A stretch of 37,343 bases of DNA, taken from contig JAUCBJ010007257.1 of NCBI GenBank assembly GCA_032718475.1, positions 1-37,343 of the forward strand, read 5' to 3'. This document shows positions 1 to 13,300 of the stretch, one piece after another. The position numbers and the translations under genes were made by a program. The first letter of the stretch is position 1. Each line of letters begins with the position of its first letter. The stretch is from Nemertoderma westbladi. Taxonomy: Eukaryota > Animalia > Xenacoelomorpha. The notes below the pieces were generated by a model. It was not told the DNA's origin. It did not search any database and was given only the letters and a program-made list of their open reading frames with translations.

Positions 1-2072
1 GGAAACGTTGTGTTAAACACAGTTGTGCTCGTTATATTTACTTGAGTTTCGAGCGAAACTTGTTTGACGTACCACCTATGCTCACTCGGCTCGAACGATC
101 CTGGAGTAAACCTACGATCAGAGTCCCGGAATACTCGATCAAACCTCCTCATTCCTTAGTCGGACCTCAGACCTGCGATCCTGGTGGTGTCGCGGATCCT
201 CGTGGACTGTATTCCCTGTTCAAAGATCTAGTGCTACCCTAACAATTAATCGGTAACACTCCGACAGTGATTTCTAGCTAGCCGCCCATCTTACCTAGCC
301 GGATTGTGATGCGGACACCTAATATCACTATCCTACCGTATGGTCGTCCCCGTTTAACGCGATACAACCCTTCATCAAAGTGAAGGAGAGCGTTGTACGA
401 AACGAGTTAAGCGCTATTTTATAAAGATCGGGGAGGAAACCTGCGTTTGTTCAGATAAACGTAAGTTATAACAGTGAGTCCAATCGATACACGAATTGGC
501 CTTATCTCAATTCGATTGGGAAATCCAGAATCTCTAAGAAGTTATCGAACTTGGACGATCCTATTCTCTGCGAGAGTTTTTGGATGAACGTATCCAGCTA
601 TGAGCGGAGGAAAATCAGCTCGAGGAGAAGCATATCGAAACGGCAGATACCTCGACCACAATCCTACACCTTCTGATGCAATCATATTGCACCCTTCACC
701 CAGGAGTTATGGCCCTCCTAGTAAAGTGGCTCCCCCCAAAGAGAAAAAGACTCTTGCTAGCCTCAAAAAACTGCGTAAACGCCGTCTGCGTAAGAAAGAC
801 TAACTGTTTAGAGTATCTTTATGTTTTAGAAACTGTGATTTTTATATTTTATAGACTGAAAATCCCATTTTCTGGGAGCGGTGTAAAAGCCTTTGCTGAA
901 TTGCCCCGTTATTTTTATTATCTTTTACATTAAAATACTCTGTAGTTGATTTAATAAGTGTAAGAGACCGTATTATTGCTGTATCGGTGTTTTTAGAGGA
1001 TCTAAGACCTATTTCCTCTGTATGTGTACTGTGAAAGGCATATTTTATGATTCTATGGCAATTCGTGACGCAAAAGGGTGATAGCTACTCTTGAACAGTA
1101 GTTACTATGACTACGGTTAACAGCTGACATTCATACGTGTTGATTTCCTTTGTTCTACGGCGTCTCTCAGTTCAGTCAGCCAATGAGAGCGTTTTTGTGG
1201 CTCCTTGTACAGAAAATTTCCGAGAAATGACGCAATGCCTATGTGCAGTGTTTACATTCAGTCTTGAGCCAAAGAAAGAACGGCTTGGAAGTATTTTGTG
1301 CTGTACTGCTTTTTAGTCGTACACTAGTAGGTTTAATTATAAAGGGCATATATCCTTTAACATGCCTATATCTCATTGCTGACATACCGGTACTGACTTG
1401 TTGTTTTATACTGCTATTTGCTGTCAGTTCTTCATAATATGGTTGATGAATAATTATATTTGGAATAACGATAAATAACCCCGCAACCCAATATTCTTGA
1501 TATACCGAAGGTAAGAGAGAAGGGTTACCAATAACGATTGTGACTTATGTTAAAGTGGTTTGAAGTGAATCTAATGTTATTTGATAGACCCTACATGAGT
1601 CAGCCTGTGTTCCTTTTATATGTGACTAAAATCAGTGAAGATTGGCAGATTAGTGTGCAGTATTGTGCAGCATTGTGTATGAGTGAGTCTGTTAAAGAAG
1701 CAATTCCTAAAGAATGCGTCATATATGTGGATTATAATTAAGCCATATCGTTGTGAGTAGTTTAAGTCATAACTCTGTTTATATAGATAAAGCGCCACGT
1801 CCTAAAGGAACTGTTAACATTCCCGAAGGTGAATAATATTGTCAGAGATTATATAATACTGTCAGTCGAATAATACATTAGGCTTACATAGCAATAAAAA
1901 TTAAACCGTCGAACCCAATCTCCCGGGAATATCCAGCGGGTGAATGGTCGCGCACGGATTGGTTTCGACTAGTGTAGTGAATCAAATACTTGTCATAGAC
2001 TAAAAGCAGATTTAATATCTAGAAGACATCTTAATTTGGTGGGTTAAACTGCCAAAGGTCTGAAAGCGCGAA

Positions 2073-2377
2073 CACTCAGCCTGCCAATGAAACTCACCCT
2101 AAACTCGAATAGCCAATGAAACTCACAGTAAACGCGGCCTGCCAAAGAAACTCACCCTAAACTCGGCCTGCCAATGAAACTCACCCTAAAGTCTGTCTGG
2201 CAATGAAACTCACCCTAAACTCGGCCTACCAATGAAACTCACCCTAAACTCGGCCTGCCAATGAAACTCGCCCTAAATTCGGCCAGCCAATGGAACTCGT
2301 CCTAAACTCGGCCTGCCAATAAAACTCGCCCTAAACTCGGCCTGCCAATAAAACTCACCCTAAACTCGGCCTGCCAA
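2073..2377 (-). repeat. 29-bp minisatellite (~10 copies) derived from an exon/intron junction
   Basis: Minus-strand unit CATTGGCAGGCCGAGTTTAGG|GTGAGTTT; the first unit overlaps the last ~19 nt of exon 2542-2359. Confidence 0.95.
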
Positions 2378-2542
2378 CGGCTCAAGTGCTCCTCTCTATT
2401 GGTAGCCTGCAAGGTTTCTCTATCCAGCTCACCCAAACGACTATCGCAATCAGCTATCCAACTCATTAACTCATTTAGACTGTCGCTGTAATTTTTAATT
2501 GTCTTCACGGCTTTGCTCAATTCTTCAGATCTAGTTTGGCAT
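2359..2542 (-). CDS. DMD: Dystrophin-like exon (184 nt; ~human exon 55 equivalent)
   Basis: ttttacag|A TGC...TTT AGG|gtgagt; CQTRSEELSKAVKTIKNYSDSLNELMSWIADCDSRL...HLSRWQAEFR; phase 2 to 0. Confidence 0.86.
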
Positions 2543-4288
2543 CTGTAAAATATAACAGTTAAAAATTACAGTAATAATAAAAATAAAGGTACATGGGCGT
2601 GGGCGTGGGCGAGTATAGTAGTTGGGTACATGGGCGAGTAGTAGATAGGTACATGGACGAGTACTAGATGTTACATGGGCGAGTAGTAGATGGGTACATG
2701 GGCGAGTACTAGATGGTAGATGGGCGAGTAATATATGGGTACATGTGTTAGTAGTAGATGGGTGCATGGGCGAGTAGTAGATGGGTACATGGGCGAGTAG
2801 TAGATGGGTACATGGGCGAGAAGTAGATGGGTACATGGACGAGTAGTAGATGGGTACGGTACATGGGCGAGTAATAGATGGGTACATGGGAGAGTAATAG
2901 ATGGGTACATGGGCGAGTAGTAGATGGTTACATTGGAGAATAATAGATGGGTACATGGGCGAGTAGTAGATGGGTACATGGGCAAGTAGTAGATGTGTAC
3001 ATGGGCGAGTAATATATGTGTACATGGGCGAGTAGTAGATGGGTACATGGGCGAGTAGTAGACGGGTACATGGGAGAGTAACAGATGGGTACATGGGAGA
3101 GTAGTAGATGGGTACATGGGCGAGTAGTAGATGGGTACATGGGAGAGTAACAGATGGGTACATGGGCGAGTAGTAGATGGTTACATTGGAGAATAATAGA
3201 TGGGTACATGGGCGAGTAGTAGATGGGTACATGGGCAAGTAGTAGATGTGTACATGGGCGAGTAATATATGTGTACATGGGCGAGTAGTAGATGGGTACA
3301 TGGGCGAGTAGTAGATGGGTACATGGGATAGTAACAGATGGGTACAGGGTGGAGTAGTAGATGGGTACATGAGCGAGTACTAGATGGGTACATGGGAGAG
3401 TAACAGATGGGTACAAGGTGGAGTAGTAGATGGGTACATGGGCGAGTAGTAGATGGGTACATGGGCGAGTAGTAGATGGTTACATGGGAGAGTAACAGAT
3501 GGGTACAAGGTGGAGTAGTAGATGGGTACATGGGCGAGTAGTAGATGGGTACATGGGCGAGTAGTAGATGGGTACATGGGAGAGTAACAGATGGGTACAG
3601 GGTGGAGTAGTATATGGGTACATGGGCGAGTAATAGAAGGGTACATGGGAGAGTAACAGATGGGTACAAGGTGGAGTAGTAGATGGGTACATGGGCGAGT
3701 AGTAGATGAGTACATGGGCGAGTAGTAGACGGGTACAATGTCGAGTAGTTTTTTAATTATTTTAGATTTTTTAGATACTCACGCGAGATTATACGTTGGA
3801 GATGCGTTCATAATAATGCACTACTCTACACAATCAGTATTAAGATATCCGCCCATATATCTGGTACCCGCCCGCGCCCATATGGTGTCAGCCCATATAT
3901 CTGGAGTGAGCCCATATATCTGGAGTCAGCGGAGTCAGCCCATATCTGGTGTCATATTTTATTATATCATTGTATACAAAGGGTAAAGCTGACCGTGCAG
4001 TAACGTGAAAAAATTATTGTGGTATAAGGTTATATTTCGGCCAGAGGCCTTTATTCAAACCCAAACTACCTGACTACAGATAAATAGGGCTAAATACAGA
4101 AGTGCAGAATAGGGAAAAAATATAAAATATAAAATAATTATAAAGTTTCAATTTGGCGCCAAATATAATATATAATATTACCACCCTTTATCAAAGGGTT
4201 GAGGATACTGTGTGGGGCGAGACACGTAGGGCGAGCCATCAGCGAACTGATATAATTATACTATGGCCGTTTCTCAAAAGTCTGTGTG

Positions 4289-4323
<35 letters not shown>

Positions 4324-7300
4324 GGTAGCCATAAATGTCGGAAGCCATAATCGAAGTTAATATCTTCAGCTAAATTGTATGGTTGAATCGAATTATTTCG
4401 ATTCTTCTATCGGTAATTCATTATTTAGGGGGGTAACATTTATCCCATCTGGTATAAAATTAACATGGGTAGATTCGCCGTGTCCCATTCTATCAAAGTC
4501 TTTACTTTATACTCGAGATTAATGTCAAGTTTTATAGTTATTTATTGATTTACAATTAAAATTGCATTTTTATCAATTAATTCACACGCAGGCTCTAACC
4601 GCCTAATGACAGTCAATACGGAGTAATTCCTTCCCGTGTCTTAGCAACGCTGAGAATGTCCTGGCCTGTTAGAGGCAGACTGCTGCTGGTTGGGGATGGT
4701 AGGATAGCATTAATTCCCTATCCATTCACTCACTCTCCATAGAACTGGCTGACGGGGGGGGGGGTGTGTGTGTGTTTAGGTATCTGTTATTCAATGACAT
4801 TAATATTATTACTAATGAAGGAATAGTGCTCCTTCAATACATCTCAACAGACATCAATTCATTGCCTGTGCCTACCAACGCGTGCTCCATAACATAACAA
4901 CATATATCCTTGATTTCCATCACCTATCACCACAATTATTATTAGTAATTAAAAGTTTCAATTCGGTTTGTCGTTCCGTTATCTGGTTATTCAGTTATTG
5001 CATTATTAATAAATAAATGTTTTAAAATATATCTTACGAAATATGGTTAATAATTAAAACTTGTCGCTAACATTCTCACTATGGGGGTTTTAAGGAGTGC
5101 TGATTACATTTCTGATGTCAGTTTTCACGTTTACATAAATCTAGTCTGTCTGTCTGTCGGTCATTCTGTCAGTCAGCCTGTCAAAACATAAAAGAGAATT
5201 CAAATTAACTAACATTCTCGCTATGGGGGTTTTAAGGGGTGCTGATTTCATTTCTGATGTCAGTTTTCAGGTTTACATAAATCTAGACTGTCTGTTTGTC
5301 GGTCTTTCTGTCAGTCAGTCAGTCTGTCAAAACTTAAAAAAGAATACAAACTAACTAACATTCTCGTTATGGGGGTTTTAATGGGTGCTAAGTTTATTTC
5401 AGATGTCAGTTTTCACGTTTAAAAAAAATCTAGTCTGTCTTGCTGTCGGTCTTTCTGTCAGTCAGTCTGTGAAAACTTAAGAAAGTATACTAACTAACCA
5501 ACATTCTCGCTATGGGGGTTTAAGGGTTGCAGATTTCATTTCTGATGTCAGTTTACACGTTTACATAAATCTAGTCTGTCTGTCTGTCGGTCTCTCTGTC
5601 AGTCTGAACTACTGTACTGTGGTTGGCATTACGCCATATACCTAACACTAATAATACAGTCTACAATACAGCCTATCTACAGTACAGAATGGATTTTTTG
5701 CCACGAAGAGCAATAAATGTCATTAATACTATCCACCAGTATACCTACTCCAAGAGCCTTCCAATAAAACATGTATTCCAGCATGACGTCCACTGCACGT
5801 CTTCGTGCTGTCCATTGTGACGTGCAGTGGACGTCATAGGCTCTAAGGGGTTAAGCAACACGGTCCCTACTTCGCCCTGTCGACACCCCAGCCATTTTTC
5901 ACCAATCCTTTTTTAGAGTTTTTTAATTTTTTTGGTATTGGTGAAAGTTCTACAACATTAGTAGATATGTTTTTTATGATAGCTAGTGATTTTTTGCTCG
6001 CTAGTATTTTTTGAAATTATAAAAAATGTGAAAGTCCATGATATTTCAGGTTAAACTATTGAAGAATATATTAATGACCAAAATAATTTCCAAAAATTAC
6101 TAGCTAGTAAAAAATACTAGCTATATACCATTAAAAATCTACTAAGGTTCTAGAATATTCACTAGTATAAAAAAAGCACTCAAAATCACAAAAAATAAAG
6201 GTTAAAAAACTCATTCGGGACCCTTTTGCTTAAGGAGTCAAAATTGTAGAACAAATTCCCGAAGTTTGCGACGTTTGCGAAATTCGCGAAGAATCCGTCA
6301 GTTTCTGTGCCCTAATGGTTTCGTGACGAAACAATCAAATCTTACACACTTAACACACGCGAACTAATTTAATGTGTGTATTAGTATGCATGAATCATTA
6401 AATAGAAATTAAATTAATGAACGCTATTTCAACATGAAATCTACGGAATCAATACACAACACACCCACACTACTGAATTTAAAAATTTATATAGATTGCA
6501 ACTTATATTTGGCTACCTTTTAGGCCTAAATGGGTGACTAATTTAATTATTCACCCCTATATATTTGTAGCCTTTTTAATTTGTGCCTCTAATTGAATCA
6601 AACATTAAACTGAAATATATGTCACAATATTGGTCTGTCGGTAGCTGGTCAATGAATCTCTCATAAATTTGTTAATTAGTCGCTGCTCAGTCATTGAACA
6701 TTTGAACACGTGCTGCTCGAAGACCCCACAACGTGTTCTTTATCGTGCCATTATTGATCCCATTATTATATGTATAGCAACGGAAACTCTGTGGGGCTGG
6801 GCCTTTGGGTGGATACAGTGCCGATCTAATAAGTATGTCGCGAAGTTTCGGGCCTGAGGTGGGCACGACCCTAGTTTCGGTTCCCGAGTGTGGATGTTCG
6901 TACTGCGCCCTGGACCTTGCGTAATATCGCTTCGTTAATGTACGGGACTACCAGTGGTGTGAGGCTTTTTTGGTGCTGCCTATTTTTGGGGCTCTCCTTT
7001 TTACGTGGGTGGAGTGCTTGTTGTGTTAGTTTCGTGATAGTTTCTTTCGGCCATTCATTCCGTGCTAGGATATGTTGTACTTTGAGAATGCTTCTATTGC
7101 GCCCTTCCTTTGTATTGGAGTTCCTTAATGGCTCTGTTAATAATATTTCGCGCTGTACTGTATAAGGTAGTGGAGGGATGGCGGCTGTTGAAATTAATGG
7201 TTACTTCGGCTAGCTGGTTTTATATATAGTTCACAGTTAATTGTGCCTTCAATTGGTTCACAAGCAAAATTATCATAAATCCATTATCGGTCGAGCGCAT

Positions 7301-10300
7301 TGTGGGTACCGCTCAGTTTTTTTGCTTGCTGCTGATGAATTTGGACTAAAATTTCATAATTTTTGTGAGTATTATGCCCATATGCCCTAATGCATCGAAA
7401 AAACATGTCCCAAGGTGATTCTCTGAAGACATGACCTTATACCCCCTACCTCTAATATGACACGACGACATATTATTTTATATATTTATCCCACAAGATT
7501 GCCCTTTTTACAACTTGCTACCTGTCGTTTCACGAGACGGGGGGGGGGGGGGGACTGGACGCAAATCCCATCTTGACGAATTAATATCCCGCCTCAATGT
7601 TAAATTCTCAATTTAGGGAAAGGAGCAGGTTACAGTGGCACGTTACTTTAACCAAAACAATAAACTAGACACAATAGAATAGGTTACGGTTTTATTTTTG
7701 AGAGTAAACAGCTGTTATTTGCGTCGAATTTCCCCTTGAGAGGGATGAATTTCAGTTTCCTCCCCTATCTGCGTTTCACACTATTTTTCCTAGAAGGAAA
7801 CAACTGAAACAAAGTAACTTCTTTAATTAAATTTCGGATATTTACCTATTTTGGCCGATAAATATAATTTAAAGAGGACTTTGGATGAACAACTCTATTG
7901 ACGAACAACTCTAACAACTCTATGAACAACTCCAATGAATTGGTGTCTCTTATATATATAACAGTTCAGGATGCTTTACATTGACATTCATTTACTACTA
8001 TAATCATATTTGAATCAACCGACCTCGCCCCCAAACAATTCCATTTCTCCGTCATGTCCTCAATAACTTGTTTCACTCGGGTTGTATCTTCATCGGAATA
8101 GGACATAATCAGGCGATGTCCCGTTTCCGTTAGGTTTACAACCTGTTGCTTAGCAACTGTCAACTCCGATTCCTGGGAAAGAGATTAAACAACAAGGGGG
8201 CGATAAGATGGTTTTGCTTTTTAAGTTTCTTAAGTCAATAGTATAATGGGAGGGTCGTGTGACGTCAGTACCATCTCGCATGTTCGCACGGTGGTGAAAC
8301 TCAAATTAAACAGTCATGGTAATCCTACCAAAGCAATCCCAACCAATGGGGATATTAAGTGTGAAAAATCGCGAGAAAATTTGTTGAATATCAAATGAAT
8401 AGTTGAACCAGAATATAAATGCCAGTAAACCATCCCAATAATAAACTATATATTTAATTTCACTTAATTTAACTAATTTTAATATAATTTTAACTTAAAT
8501 ATTTCAGAGTGATTATAATGTACCATATTTACTCGAATGAGAGCCCCCCCCCCCCTCGAATAAACGCCCCCTTAACTCTACATTAAAATTAAACGCCTTC
8601 CCCGAATAAACGCCCCGGCGTTTAATAATATTATAAGGCGGGGCGGGGCGTTAACATTGATGAGAGTTAACTGATTGTTAAGATTGAAGGTAAATGTAGT
8701 TAGGGTTTTGTTCCGATGTAATAGGCTGCTTTGTAATAAAGATAATCCCGGTATTATTTAAAGTATTTTATTTGTTTTCTTGAATTTAACAACGTTCTTT
8801 ATTAGGGTATTTAGATTCAAAATGACTAAAATCTAGAACATAAACATAAACACCTCCACTCGAACCACTTGAAACTTAAACGCCCCCCTCGAATAAACGC
8901 CCCCCTCGAATAAACGCCCCCCTCGAATAAACGCCTCCCTCGAATAAACGCCTCCCTCGAATAAACGCCCCCCTCGAATAAACGCCCCCCTCGAATAAAC
9001 GCCTCCCTCGAATAAACGCCCTCCTCGAATAAACGCCTTCCTCGAATAAACGCCTCCCCAATTTGCAATTTATAAACTTAAACGCCACGACTCTTATTCG
9101 AGTAAATACGGTAGTTGTAATTTGTAATAATTTGTAATAATGTTATTATATTATAGTTGCCCAAAACCTGTATTATACATAATAACACAGTCAGCATAAT
9201 ACTGAAAACTTTAAGGAAATTTAATCCAAAATTTAGCAATCCCGATCCCGGCAAATTCTTTTATATATATAAACACTGACTACAGCAGGGCTAAAAGCCT
9301 ATGGAATTAATGTCCTAAATTATACTAAATTTGTAAATTATGACTTAGGGTTTTGTATTCAGTCAGGAACTATAATATTGTAGGCATAACCGACGTAACG
9401 AATAAAAATGATATATAAATTAACTATCGCTAATCAATTATTATTTAACCTCTAACGTGGTCCTCTTCTCCTATTGGTTATTGTTGAAAGTGTACGATTA
9501 AATAATGTACTCTAAGGTGGGCGGGAAATTCAAAACTGTCCTTTTGACTATGATCTATATATGACTGGATTATACCGTACCGGTCCGGTTTTGTTCTATA
9601 AGTTTTGTACTTTGTCTGCAGTACCTTCCATGTAATGGTTCTGCATTATGTACAATATACTGTAACCCTACAATAAACTGCTGGTGTATGTAATCCCAAT
9701 ATTTCCCTATTTGTTCTACCGGATAAAATTCAACAGGTTATGGGCCCAGGCTGCTAAACCACTACCGGGAATAAAATTAGTGCAGGGAAGTTTCAAATAT
9801 TGGGATAGGTAAATTACCCAGTAAAAGCTGTAACAAACTCGCATTTTGAGAATGTCGGAGGTAACCATAAAGGATGAATTTCGCATTGCTAAATTCAATG
9901 GCGAAAACTACCACGACTGGAAATTCCAAATGGAACTATTGTTGATAGCTAAGGATTTATGGGGTTATGCGGACGGTACCGAGGTTCTGGATCCGGCTGC
10001 CGAGGATGCTAGGCGTACAGCATTTAGGCGAGGCGACAATCGAGCAAGGGCGATTATTTGCCTAAACATGGAAACTGATCAACAGGTTTATGTCCGGAAT
10101 GCTACGACTGCCAAGGAGGCATGGACAAGCCTAAGGGATCATTTCGAAAAGACTACGTTGGCACATGTGGTCATGTATAGGCGTCGATTGTACAATTTAA
10201 TACTGAAGGAAGGCGATTCAGTATTAACGCATGTGAATGAGATTAGAAAACTCTCAGATCATTTACGGGAAATAGGCGATCCCGTACAGGAGCGGGACTT

Positions 10301-13300
10301 GATTGTTATTCTGTTGTCTAGTCTTCCACCATTATTCGCGAGTCTGGTAACGTCACTTGAAGGTTCAGACTTGGATACACTGACCTGGGGATCAGTTCGC
10401 GATCGGTGTCTGCATGAGGAAGAGAAAAGTAAACAGTTTATTAATCGAGATAAACTGACTGAAAATGCCTTCACAGCATCTGCTGGTGGAAGTTCGACAA
10501 AGAAAAGTCCAATGTTTAAAAGCTCCAGTAGCAGTAGCCACAATAAAAAATCTGGAGGTGGGGATAAACCTGGTAAATGCTATAATTGCGGTAATAAGGG
10601 GCACTGGAAACGTGACTGCTATAAGCCAACAAAATTTGGTCAAAAGGGTAAACAGTCAAGTTTGGGACAAAATGAACATGCCGAGGTTGCAGAGGAAAAT
10701 GGTATGGAGTGCGGCATTGCTCTGATTACCTCAATGACAGGAACTGCAGATTGGTGTATAGATTCCGGAGCATCACAGCATATGACATTTGATAAATCGA
10801 AATATAATTCATTCAAGGAGTTGGAGCCACCACGTCCAATTCTGCTGGGCGATAATCGGGTTGTTAATGCTGTTGGAACAGGAAATATACACATAGAGGT
10901 CGCTGTTGAGGGTAAATTGCGCTCTATTACTTTAAAAGATGTGTTGTACCTACCTGAGCTTAGGAGAAACTTATTTTCTGTACGTGCTGCTAATAAAGCT
11001 GCTAAAGGTGTGGAAGTCATATTCACCAATGACGAATGTATAGTGATGGTAAATGGCTGTAAAGAAATCATTGGAAAACTCAATGGTAAACTCTACCAAT
11101 TCCATGAGAATGATTATTTGAATATCGCAGTTGAGAAAGTTGATATAAATTTGTGGCACCAGCGATATGGACATTTAAATTATGATAGTTTAAAACAACT
11201 AATAAATAAGAACATGATTTCCGGAATGAAGATGGCTGGAGAAAATGATAAGCTATGCGAGTCTTGTATAATTGGGAAACACCATCGATTACCATTTCCT
11301 ACCAAGGAAGCTGAATCCAAGGAACGTGAAATACTGGAGCTAGTGCATAGTGACGTATGTGGACCATTGCCGACTGAATCCATAGGGGGGTCTCGATATT
11401 TTGTCACATTTACCGATGACCGATCTCGATACATAATGGAATTCTGTATACGAAATAAGAGCAGTGTATTTGAGAAGTTCAAAGAATATGTAGCTACTGC
11501 TGAAAATGCTACAGGAAAAAGGGTAAAAATTCTCAGAAGTGACAATGGTGGGGAATACACATCAAATGAATTCAATAATTATTGTTCGGAACGAGGTATT
11601 CAACGAGAATTCAGTGTACCACATACTCCACAGCAGAATGGGATAGCTGAAAGGCTAAATCGAACACTAATGGAAAGTGTAAGATCAATGCTCCATAACT
11701 CTTCATTGCCTAAGTGTTTCTGGGCGGAAGCCATCAGTACGGCTGTATACTTAAGGAATCGGAGTCCAACGTCAGTTATTAGAGGAAAGACTCCATATGA
11801 AGTTTGGCATGACCACAAACCAGACGTAAGTAATCTGCGAGTATTTGGTTGTGATGCTTACATTCATATCCCTGATAAGACAAGGAAGAAATTGGATGCA
11901 AAATCCATTCGGTGCAGATTCGTTGGTTACTGCAACGAACATAAAGGTTACAAATTCTTCTGTCCAGAATCTAAGAAGATGTTGGTTAGTAGAGACGTAA
12001 AGTTTATTGAGAATAACTTTGCGAAAACTGCAAAGGAGGTGTACGATGAATTAGGTGATAGTCATGTATTCAGTATCCCACAGAATACTGAAACTAGAGA
12101 TCCAGTGGGAGCCCAGCATCTGTATGGTGATGATGGCCATAATGTAGTGGCTGGAGGGGCCCCAATAGAGATTAATAGATATCCGCGCCGTGAACATAGA
12201 GAGCCGGAATCGGATCCAGGGGTCATTCGGGGAAACTGGTGGGAAACACGTGATTGGCGACACGACCTAATACCTCAAGCTTCAGACAATGCAGAATTTG
12301 CCATGATAATCGAGTCGGACGAGCCACGAACCTACGATGAGGCTTCACAGGGTCCATATAATAAACAATGGAAGGAAGCAATGGACAATGAAATAAACTC
12401 ACTGACTGAAAATAATACATGGAATTTGGTAGAACTACCAAATGACAAGAATCTCGTAGGGAGCAAATGGACCTACAAGATTAAACGGGATAGCAAAGGG
12501 AATGTCAGTAGATTCAAGGCACGATTGGTAGCTCAGGGCTACTCACAGAAACAAGGAATTGATTTTAAAGAAGTATTTGCCCCTGTTGCACGCTACAGTT
12601 CAATTCGACTTCTATTAGCTATTACGAATGAACTTAACCTGGATGTGCACCAGTTAGATGTCAAGACGGCTTTTTTAAATGGGGTGATTGATTCAAATAT
12701 ATACATGAAGCAACCACAGGGATACATAGATAAGGAATACCCTAACTCTGTTTGTAAACTAAATAGAAGTATATATGGGTTGAAACAATCAGCACGTCTC
12801 TGGAATAGGAGACTTGATAAAGTCCTTAAAGGAGAGGGTTACAGACAATCGGGGGCTGATAACTGTATTTATGTTAAGAAAGTAGATAACAGATTCATCC
12901 TATTGTCAGTATACGTGGATGACTTGATTATTGCATCAAATTGCATCGATCTACTCAATGAAGAGAAAACACTATTGATGTCAAAGTTTCAGATGACTGA
13001 TCAAGGTGAGATAGAATATATACTAGGAATGGTTATCACAAGGAATCGTCAATCGAAGGAAACGTCAATTTCTCAGAGTCAATACCTGAAAGACATCTTG
13101 TACCGCTTTGGGATGGACTGTTGTAATCCAGTGTCAACTCCTATGGAAGTTAATGGGAAGTTTGATAAACTCGCAGATGATGATGAGGGTATCGATACTG
13201 CACTGTACCAAGCAGTTATTGGAAGCTTGCTATATGCCGCGATTGGAACTAGACCAGATATTGCTCAGGCTGTGGGTGTTTTATCTCATTTTGTATCTAA

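Noticed and set aside
2531-3738. MYPSTTRPCTHLLL repeat ORFs
   Set aside because: Translations of the 23-bp minisatellite cycling through frames.
2588-3749. Shared CTCGCCC/CTACT words between the 23-bp and 36-bp arrays
   Set aside because: Too short, and on opposite strands, to claim common origin.
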